DNA from: Eledone cirrhosa
Taxonomy: Eukaryota
NCBI GenBank assembly: GCA_964016885.1
Contig: OZ024744.1
Span: 36,456,001 to 36,520,000 of the forward strand
DNA length: 64,000 nucleotides
Direction: 5' to 3'
The notes below the pieces were generated by a model. The model saw only the letters and a list, made by a program, of their open reading frames with translations. It did no database searches and was not told where the DNA came from. This document shows, piece after piece, positions 23,933 to 34,503 of this stretch. Every line of letters starts with the position of its first letter. Position 1 is the stretch's first letter. The position numbers and the translations under genes were made by a program.

Positions 23933-25108
23933 ATTTGCGTAATATTGCCAGAATTAATAACAGAACACACTCACTGTTTGGTTGGTTTTCGCTTCTCGCT
24001 GTCTTTTATATATATATATCTGCGATCTAACTTACTCGGTCCTCAATGTTGCCATTGACTGACCGGCGGTCAAAAATAATACAGATACAATATAGACAAA
24101 CACATATATATATAGTTTACATAAATCTTTCGTTGCACATCTGCAACATCGTCAGTGGTGTTATATTCATTGTTCCTCCTGTTGTGTTGTATGTCTACGC
24201 CATTTTTTTTTTTTTTTTGTTCAGTCTGTCTATATATTTATTTATTTATTTGCTTGTTTGTTTATCTTATTTTATTTTGTCTTCTTTGCGCATGCGTTTG
24301 CGTGTGTGTATAGTGTTATGTGTGATGTGTGATGTGTGACTAGTGTGTATAGTGTTGTCTGCTGGGTGACTAGTGTGTGTTTATGTGCTTGTGTATGTAT
24401 TTATTTATCTTATTTTATTTAATTTAATTTACTTATTTATTTATACTTCTCTTAGGTCAGTGTTGTTTGTTTGAGTGTTGTTGTTGTTCCACTCATTCTT
24501 TCTGACCTAAGAGAAGTATAAATAAATAAGTAAATTAAATTAAATAAAATAAGATAAATAAATACATACACAAGCACATAAACACACACTAGTCACCCAG
24601 CAGACAACACTATACACACTAGTCACACATCACACATCACACATAACACTATACACACACGCAAACGCATGCGCAAAGAAGACAAAATAAAATAAGATAA
24701 ACAAACAAGCAAATAAATAAATAAATATATAGACAGACTGAACAAAAAAAAAAAAAAAATGGCGTAGACATACAACACAACAGGAGGAACAATGAATATA
24801 ACACCACTGACGATGTTGCAGATGTGCAACGAAAGATTTATGTAAACTATATATATATGTGTTTGTCTATATTGTATCTGTATTATTTTTGACCGCCGGT
24901 CAGTCAATGGCAACATTGAGGACCGAGTAAGTTAGATCGCAGATATATATATATAAAAGACAGCGAGAAGCGAAAACCAACCAAACAGTGAGTGTGTTCT
25001 GTTATTAATTCTGGCAATATTACGCAAATATGACCCTCCCCAAATATAACAATATATTAATATATATATATATATATTAATATATATATATATATATATA
25101 TATTAATA

Positions 25109-25142
<34 letters not shown>

Positions 25143-25219
25143 ACGAAGGAAATGTGGTAAGGAACCAGGTGGACCATAACGCACCAAAGTACTCAATACT
25201 TGAGGTAGTAGAGTGTGTA

Positions 25220-25338
25220 ATAGGAACCAGTAAGACCCCGACAGCTGAGCTCAAGCCGTTTCGACGGCTAATTCAGAATACTATTTGAGAATTAGCCGTC
25301 GAAACGGCTTGAGCTCAGCTGTCGGGGTCTTACTGGTT

Positions 25339-25343
<5 letters not shown>
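25220..25343. repeat. Perfect 55-bp-arm hairpin ending at (TA)n
   Basis: ATAGGAACC...GGCTAATTC / 14-nt loop / GAATTAGCC...GGTTCCTAT. Confidence 0.92.
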
Positions 25344-25380
<37 letters not shown>

Positions 25381-25384
<4 letters not shown>

Positions 25385-28300
25385 TAATTTAATATATCAA
25401 CTAACATAAGCGCACAGATGCACGCCCATGCCAGCAAATACACAGGTTATGTCATAGTACCTAGGTGGTTCAATGCAGGAGAATGCAGAACAATAATATA
25501 AAGGACGTAAAATAAGAAAATATTTTTTTAAAAAAATTTTAAAAAAATTTTTTACTTACTTAAATTTCCACTCCAACTAATTAGTTTCTGCAATGGGATA
25601 AAGACAGTTACGTAATCCAACTGTCGAGAATTCATTGCGTCATCAGGGAGTCTATTCTCAGTTAAGTCTCCAGGCAATGCGCGGACACTGGCGGCTCATA
25701 TAAAAATAATAATAATTATAATAATTCGGTAGATCGAACAGCTTGCGAGGACTGGATTCTATGTACCGAAATTCTCACTGCTTCAAGTCAAATGGCCGAT
25801 TCCAAAGAATCAATCACGTGACACAGAGGCTAGTTAGAAGGAATGGGATGGTAAGATGACTGACGCCTACTAACACCCCAAAAAAAAAAAAAAAATTTTT
25901 TTAGAAGTGGTTTTGACAAGTTTGCTCGACAAATCAGTGATTTGGAGATAAATATAGATAATTTAATATATCAACTAACATAAGCGCACAGATGCACGCC
26001 CATGCCAGCAAATACACAGGTTATGTCATAGTACCTAGGTGGTTCAATGCAGGAGAATGCAGAACAATAATATAAAGGACGTAAAATAAGAAAATATTTT
26101 TTTAAAAAAATGTTAAAAAAATTTTTTACTTACTTAAATTTCCACTCCAACTAATTAGTTTCTGCAATGGGATAAATACAGTTACGTAATCCAACTGTCG
26201 AGAATTCATTGCGTCATCAGGGAGTCTATTCTCAGTTAAGTCTCCAGGCAATGCGCGGACACTGGCGGCTCATATAATAATAATAATAATTATAATAATT
26301 CGGTAGATCGAACAGCTTGCGAGGACTGGATTCTATGTACCGAAATTCTCACTGCTTCAAGTCAAATGGCCGATTCTAAAGAATCAATCACGTGACACAG
26401 AGGCTAGTTAGAAGGAATGGGATGGTAAGATGACTGACGCCTACTAACTGAAGCAGTGAGAATTTCGGTACATAGAATCCAGTCCTCGCAAGCTGTTCGA
26501 TCTACCGAATTATTATAATTATTATTATTTTTATATGAGCCGCCAGTGTCCGCGCATTGCCTGGAGACTTAACTGAGAATAGACTCCCTGATGACGCAAT
26601 GAATTCTCGACAGTTGGATTACGTAACTGTCTTTATCCCATTGCAGAAACTAATTAGTTGGAGTGGAAATTTAAGTAAGTAAAAAATTTTTTTTAAATTT
26701 TTTTAAAAAAATATTTTCTTATTTTACGTCCTTTATATTATTGTTCTGCATTCTCCTGCATTGAACCACCTAGGTACTATGACATAACCTGTGTATTTGC
26801 TGGCATGGGCGTGCATCTGTGCGCTTATGTTAGTTGATATATTAAATTATCTATATTTATCTCCAAATCACTGATTTGTCGAGCAAACTTGTCAAAACCA
26901 CTTCTAAAAAAATTTTTTTTTTTTGGGGTGTTAGTAGGCGTCAGTCATCTTACCATCCCATTCCTTCTAACTAGCCTCTGTGTCACGTGATTGATTCTTT
27001 AGTAGGCGTCAGTCATCTTACCATCCCATTCCTTCTAACTAGCCTCTGTGTCACGTGATTGATTCTTTAGAATCGGCCATTTGACTTGAAGCAGTGAGAA
27101 TTTCGGTACATAGAATCCAGTCCTCGCAAGCTGTTCGATCTACCGAATTATTATAATTATTATTATTTTTATATGAGCCGCCAGTGTCCGCGCATTGCCT
27201 GGAGACTTAACTGAGAATAGACTCCCTGATGACGCAATGAATTCTCGACAGTTGGATTACGTAACTGTCTTTATCCCATTGCAGAAACTAATTAGTTGGA
27301 GTGGAAATTTAAGTAAGTAAAAAATTTTTTTTAAATTTTTTTAAAAAAATATTTTCTTATTTTACGTCCTTTATATTATTGTTCTGCATTCTCCTGCATT
27401 GAACCACCTAGGTACTATGACATAACCTGTGTATTTGCTGGCATGGGCGTGCATCTGTGCGCTTATGTTAGTTGATATATTAAATTATCTATATTTATCT
27501 CCAAATCACTGATTTGTCGAGCAAACTTGTCAAAACCACTTCTAAAAAAATTTTTTTTTTTTGGGGTGTTAGTAGGCGTCAGTCATCTTACCATCCCATT
27601 CCTTCTAACTAGCCTCTGTGTCACGTGATTGATTCTTTAGTAGGCGTCAGTCATCTTACCATCCCATTCCTTCTAACTAGCCTCTGTGTCACGTGATTGA
27701 TTCTTTAGAATCGGCCATTTGACTTGAAGCAGTGAGAATTTCGGTACATAGAATCCAGTCCTCGCAAGCTGTTCGATCTACCGAATTATTATAATTATTA
27801 TTATTTTTATATGAGCCGCCAGTGTCCGCGCATTGCCTGGAGACTTAACTGAGAATAGACTCCCTGATGACGCAATGAATTCTCGACAGTTGGATTACGT
27901 AACTGTCTTTATCCCATTGCAGAAACTAATTAGTTGGAGTGGAAATTTAAGTAAGTAAAAAATTTTTTTAAAATTTTTTTAAAAAAATATTTTCTTATTT
28001 TACGTCCTTTATATTATTGTTCTGCATTCTCCTGCATTGAACCACCTAGGTACTATGACATAACCTGTGTATTTGCTGGCATGGGCGTGCATCTGTGCGC
28101 TTATGTTAGTTGATATATTAAATTATCTATATTTATCTCCAAATCACTGATTTGTCGAGCAAACTTGTCAAAACCACTTCTAAAAAATTTTTTTTTTTTT
28201 TGGGTGTTAGTAGGCGTCAGTCATCTTACCATCCCATTCCTTCTAACTAGCCTCTGTGTCACGTGATTGATTCTTTAGTAGGCGTCAGTCATCTTACCAT

Positions 28301-29215
28301 CCCATTCCTTCTAACTAGCCTCTGTGTCACGTGATTGATTCTTTAGAATCGGCCATTTGACTTGAAGCAGTGAGAATTTCGGTACATAGAATCCAGTCCT
28401 CGCAAGCTGTTCGATCTACCGAATTATTATAATTATTATTATTTTTATATGAGCCGCCAGTGTCCGCGCATTGCCTGGAGACTTAACTGAGAATAGACTC
28501 CCTGATGACGCAATGAATTCTCGACAGTTGGATTACGTAACTGTCTTTATCCCATTGCAGAAACTAATTAGTTGGAGTGGAAATTTAAGTAAGTAAAAAA
28601 TTTTTTTAAAATTTTTTTAAAAAAATATTTTCTTATTTTACGTCCTTTATATTATTGTTCTGCATTCTCCTGCATTGAACCACCTAGGTACTATGACATA
28701 ACCTGTGTATTTGCTGGCATGGGCGTGCATCTGTGCGCTTATGTTAGTTGATATATTAAATTATCTATATTTATCTCCAAATCACTGATTTGTCGAGCAA
28801 ACTTGTCAAAACCACTTCTAAAAAAATTTTTTTTTTTTTGGGGTGTTAGTAGGCGTCAGTCATCTTACCATCCCATTCCTTCTAACTAGCCTCTGTGTCA
28901 CGTGATTGATTCTTTAGAATCGGCCATTTGACTTGAAGCAGCGAGAATTTCGGTACATAGAATCCAGTCCTCGCAAGCTGTTCGATCTACCGAATTATTA
29001 TAATTATTATTATTTTTATATGAGCCGCCAGTGTCCGCGCATTGCCTGGAGACTTAACTGAGAATAGACTCCCTGATGACGCAATGAATTCTCGACAGTT
29101 GGATTACGTAACTGTCTTTATCCCATAGCAGAAACTAATTAGTTGGAGTGGAAATTTAAGTAAGTAAAAAATTTTTTTAAAATTTTTTTAAAAAAATATT
29201 TTCTTATTTTACGTC

Positions 29216-29220
<5 letters not shown>
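25381..29220. mobile_element. Tandem array of HHR repeat family A (retrozyme-like), 7 HHRs, strand switch at ~26448
   Basis: Units of ~571-574 and 638 bp; HHR at 25570-25651 and 26144-26225 (minus); 26583, 27221, 27859, 28497, 29068 (plus); (TA)n at both ends. Confidence 0.9.
26583..26664 (+). ncRNA. Type I hammerhead ribozyme, family A (representative copy)
   Basis: ACTCC-CTGATGA-c GCAATG..GACAGTT(ggattacgt)AACTGTC..CATTGC a-GAAA-CTAATTAG-TT-GGAGT. Confidence 0.87.
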
Positions 29221-29301
<81 letters not shown>

Positions 29302-29324
29302 CGATTTTTTTCAAGTCACTTCAT

Positions 29325-29746
29325 TGGTGTAGTGGAGTTTGTGTTGCTGTACGGGTCTGAGACTTGGACACTTACCAAGAAACTCACTCACATGGTGGAT
29401 GGGTGCTATACGAGAATGCTGAGGATGGCTCTGAACATTAATTAGTATACATTGAGGACGAAAATCTCAGAGCTGTATGGGAGCCTCCCAAAAGTCAGCT
29501 CAAAAGTGACACGGAGTAAACTGAGGTTAGCTGGACATGCTCATCGACATCCAGAGTTGACACTGCACTCAGTGCTCCTTTGGGAGCCCCTACATGGACA
29601 CACTAGAAGAGGAAGACCAAGGTATGTTGATGCCCTAAGGACAGAAACTGGTATGTCGGAGACGCAGGACATAGCAGTGATAATGAGGGACAGAAACCGG
29701 TGGAGAGAACTCGTCCATGGATCTCGGGAATTTTACCCGCCCTAGA
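29325..29746 (+). mobile_element. RTE-like LINE 3' fragment, same family as 14031-14852
   Basis: YGSETWTL, RLAGHAHRH, RRGRPR; same 3' terminus TTTTACCCGCCCTAGA then (TA)n. Confidence 0.8.
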
Positions 29747-29900
<154 letters not shown>

Positions 29901-29908
29901 GTATATAT

Positions 29909-30109
<201 letters not shown>

Positions 30110-30151
30110 TCCAAAATATTAACAAAATAGATATTCTTGTGATCAAGTATA

Positions 30152-30214
30152 TTTTATTATACATATTTCAGAGGTACTGAGTTAACTTCAACAGTACGTC
30201 CTCATCAGATAAAA
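30152..30214 (-). ncRNA. Type I hammerhead ribozyme, family C
   Basis: Minus: TTTTAT-CTGATGA-GGAC GTACTG...CAGTAC CTCT-GAAA-TATGTA-TA-ATAAAA. Confidence 0.8.
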
Positions 30215-30277
30215 CAAGATGTTGCATGACATACCCCGACATAGTGATTTATTCATTGAACCTTGTTTAACTTTTAA

Positions 30278-30312
<35 letters not shown>

Positions 30313-30469
30313 TATCTGAACTGCAATCAAAATAGTATATATCAGATTTTTAATATAAATACCACTACTGATAATCATGATGATGATGGTGATGATGGGG
30401 TTGATGATGATGATGATGATTATTATGATGGTGATAATGATGATAATGATGATTACAGCAGCAAGAATA

Positions 30470-30532
<63 letters not shown>

Positions 30533-30854
30533 GTATATATAAATCTTTTCCTGAGACCTGTATTTTCGTTGCTGTGGTAATGCGGCTGGACTGGCGATCG
30601 CTATATTTTATTTGCTAAGCTGTCTAAACGTATTGTTATTACTCTGGGGAACTATCCCCATCCGAGTGCTAGAGCTACATACCGAATTTGTATTCGTTAG
30701 CTTGGCCGCAAACTAAGGCTTCGTTAATGCTGTACTAAAATTCGTATATATATATATATATATATATATACAATTATATATATGAACAATTTGTCAGCAT
30801 TTTCTATTCCGTTTACCAATATATAATAACTTGTGTATTACACCTCTATTCTTT

Positions 30855-30898
<44 letters not shown>

Positions 30899-30980
30899 AA
30901 AGTTTTATTTAAAATTGTTGGGTTACAACAAGTAAATATTTTATAACTGATATAAAGCACTCGACAAGTTTTTGGAGTAG

Positions 30981-31336
30981 ATATACGATATTAAACAAAT
31001 GGAAACTATATTTATAAAACCATATTTATTTCATTATACATATTTCAGGGATACCATATTAAAAATATGGCATGCCTTCGTCCGATAAAATACAATATAT
31101 AACCAGTTTTATAAATAATTTTGACGTACCATAAATATAGCGACCATTAAGGTAGGACGCTGGCTTGGTAGCCTCCTACCTTAATGGTCGCTATATTTAT
31201 GGTACGTCAAAATTATTTATAAAACTGGTTATATATTGTATTTTATCGGACGAAGGCATGCCATATTTTTAATATGGTATCCCTGAAATATGTATAATGA
31301 AATAAATATAGTTTCCATTTGTTTAATATCGTATAT
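30981..31336. repeat. Fold-back of a family C element (~165-bp arms, 16-nt loop); each arm carries an HHR with core CGGACGA
   Basis: Arms meet at GGTAGGA/CGCTGGCTTGGTAGCC/TCCTACC; HHR-like at 31241-31302 (plus) and 31029-31090 (minus). Confidence 0.88.
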
Positions 31337-31380
31337 ATATATATATATTTAAAAGAATAGAGGTGTAACACACAAGTTAT

Positions 31381-31767
31381 TATATATTGGTAAACGGAAT
31401 AGAAAATGCTGTCAAGTTGTTCACAGTGAAAAATAGTTTAATTAGGAATAAGTGAGAATTAGTAATTGTATTGGTTAGTATTCAGTTTTGGTTTTAAGTT
31501 TTACCGGTTGCGCATTTCTAATGCTTTACAAAAATAATTTTGAGATAGAGCGTCCGTAATGTTTGCTCTGATTAGAGCAGACATCAAAGCAAACATTACG
31601 GACGCTCTATCTCAAAATTATATTTGAAAAGCATTAGAAATGCGCAACCGGTAAAACTTAAAACCAAAACTGAATACTAACCAATACAATTACTAATTCT
31701 CACTTATTCCTAATTAAACTATTTTTCACTGTGAACAATTTGTCAGCATTTTCTATTTCGTTTACCA

Positions 31768-31775
<8 letters not shown>
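31381..31775. repeat. Fold-back element D (~187-bp arms, ~20-nt loop), with an additional inverted end copy at 30782-30860
   Basis: TATATATTGGTAAACG...AATGTTTGCT / AGCAAACATT...CGTTTACCAATATATA. Confidence 0.88.
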
Positions 31776-31861
<86 letters not shown>

Positions 31862-31864
<3 letters not shown>

Positions 31865-34503
31865 TATGTATACGTACATACACATATGTATACAGAGGTA
31901 CAGTAGTATGTATATATATACCTACATGCACACATATATATATGTACGTATGGATTCACCAATATTTATTGTAATGCTCGGTGTGTTTGTAAAGAAACAT
32001 CCCGTATTAAGCTGTAGTGTTTACCAATCACCGTTGCTCGTTTGTTCAACACTGACGCTGTACTAGTTTCAAGCTTGTTAGCTATCGTCAGCAACGTATA
32101 GCTTCTTGCCAGATAGTTGAACGTCCGAAAGTATATACTTTCCTTATGCACATTAACGGCTGAGTAGCCCAATTTGCATATCGAGTGGGTTAATCGGCCG
32201 GGTGCACCGAAAACGATAAACGGAAAAAATGAAACGAAATTTCATTTCCCACTCTTAGTACGGCTGTTACTTAAATATAAGTATGTATACGTACATACAT
32301 ATATTTATACAGACGTACAGTAGTATGTATATATATATATACATACATGCACACATATATATATGTACGTATGGATACACCAAACATTTATTATAATGCT
32401 CGGTATGTTTGTAAACAAACATCCCGTATTAACCCGTAGTGTCTAGCAACCACCGTTGCTCGTTTGTTCAACACTGACAAAGGAACGCTGTACTAGTTTC
32501 AAGCTTGTTAGATATCGTCAGCAACGTATACCTTCCTGCCAAACGAGCAACGGTGGTTGCTAGACACTACGGCTTAATACGGGATGTTTGTTTACAAACA
32601 CACCGAGCATTATAATAAATGTTTGGTGAATCCATACGTACATATATATATGTGTGCATGTATGTATATATATATATATACATACTACTGTACGTCTGTA
32701 TACATATGTGTGTGTACATATACATACTTATATTTAAGTAACAGCCGTACTAAGAGTGGGAAATGAAATTTCATTTCATTTTTCCTTTTATCGTTTTCGG
32801 TGCACCCGGCCGATTAACCCACTCGAAATGCAAATTGGGCTACTCAGCCGTTAATATGCATAAGGTAAGTATATACTTTCGGACGTTCAACTATCTGGCA
32901 GGAAGGTATACGTTGCTGACAATAGCTAACAAGCTTGAAACTAGTACAGCGTTCCTTTGTTAGTGTTAAACAAACGAGCAACGGTGGTTGCTAGAAACTA
33001 CGGCTTAATACCGGATGTTTGTTTACAAACACACCGAGCATTATAATAAATGTTCGGTGAATCCATACGTACATATATATATGTGTGCATGTATGTATAA
33101 ATATATAGATACTACTGTACGTCTGTATACATATGTGTATGTACGTATACATACTTATATTTAAGTAACAGCTGTACTAAGAGTGGGAAATGAAATTTCG
33201 TTTCATTTTTTCCGTTTATCGTTTTAGGTGCACCCGGCCGATAACCCACTCAATATGCAAATTGGGCTACTCAGCCGTTAATGTGCATAAGGAAAGTATA
33301 TACTTTCGGACGTTCAACTATCTGGCAGGAAGGTATACGTTGCTGACGATAGCTAACAAGCTTGAAACTAGTACAGCGTTCTTTTGTCAGTGTTGAACAA
33401 ACGAGCAACGGTGGTTGCTAGACACTACGGCTTAATACGTGATGTTTGTTTACAAACACACCGAGCATTATAATAAATGTTTGGTGAATCCATACGTACA
33501 TATATATATGTGTACATGTATGTATATATATATATATATATACATACTACTGTACGTCTGTATACATATGTGTGTGTACATATACATACTTATATTTAAG
33601 TAACAGCCGTACTAAGAGTGGGAAATGAAATTTCATTTCATTTTTTCCTTTTATCGTTTTCGGTGCACCCTGCCGATTAACCCACTCGATATGCAAATTA
33701 GGCTACTCAGCCGTTAATGGGCATAAGGAAAGTATATACTTACGGACGTTCAACTATCTGGCAGGAAGGTATACGTTGCTGACAATAGCTAACAAGCTTG
33801 AAACTAGTACAGCGTTCCTTTGTTAGTGTTAAACAAACGAGCAACGGTGGTTGCTAGAAACTACGGCTTAATACCGGATGTTTGTTTACAAACACACCGA
33901 GCATTATAATAAATGTTCGGTGAATCCATACGTACATATATATATGTGTGCATGTATGTATATATATATAGATACTACTGTACGTCTGTATACATATGTG
34001 TATGTACGTATACATACTTTTATTTAAGTAACAGCTGTAATAAGCGTGGGAAATGAAATTTCGTTTCATTTTTTCCGTTTATCGTTTTCGGTGCACCCGG
34101 CCGATTAACCCACTCGGTATGCAAATTGGGCTACTCAGCCGTTAATGTGCATAAGGTAAGTATATACGTTCAACAACCTGGCAGGAAGGTATACGTTGCT
34201 GACGATAGCTAACAAGCTTGAAACTAGTACAGCGTTCTTTTGTCAGTGTTGAACAAACGAGCAACGGTGGTTGCTAGACACTACGGCTTAATACGTGATG
34301 TTTGTTTACAAACACACCGAGCATTATAATAAATGTTTGATGAATCATACGTACATATATATATGTGTGCATGTATGTATATATATATATATACATACTA
34401 CTGTACGTCTGTATACATATGTGTATGTACGTATACATATTTATATTTAAGTAACAGCCGTACTAAGAGTGGGAAGTGAAATTTCGTTTCATTTTTTCCG
34501 TTT
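31862..34503. mobile_element. Tandem array of HHR repeat family B (~420-436-bp unit, retrozyme-like), 6 HHR sites, strand switch at ~32541
   Basis: HHR at 32055-32097 and 32485-32527 (minus); 32910, 33337, 33773, 34193 (plus); (TA)n at both ends. Confidence 0.9.
33337..33379 (+). ncRNA. Minimal type I hammerhead ribozyme, family B (representative intact copy)
   Basis: ACGTTG-CTGACGA-t AGCT aaca AGCT t-GAAA-CTAG-TA-CAGCGT. Confidence 0.85.

Larger units (their letters stand above)
19722..25055 (-). mobile_element. Young, apparently intact Penelope-like element (C-terminal GIY-YIG with Cys linker, Neptune/Nematis-like) with direct pLTRs and an inverted pLTR
   Basis: Direct repeats 19722-20363 and 23864-24504 nearly identical; 24502-25055 is the reverse complement of 23907-24460; (TA)n on both sides. 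Confidence 0.93.

Noticed and set aside
32150-32205. CGGCTGA-GTA-GCCCA..TGGGT-TAA-TCGGCCG hairpin in family B as a twister or second hammerhead
   Set aside because: A real stem-loop, but it lacks twister L1/L4 consensus and a correctly placed HHR core
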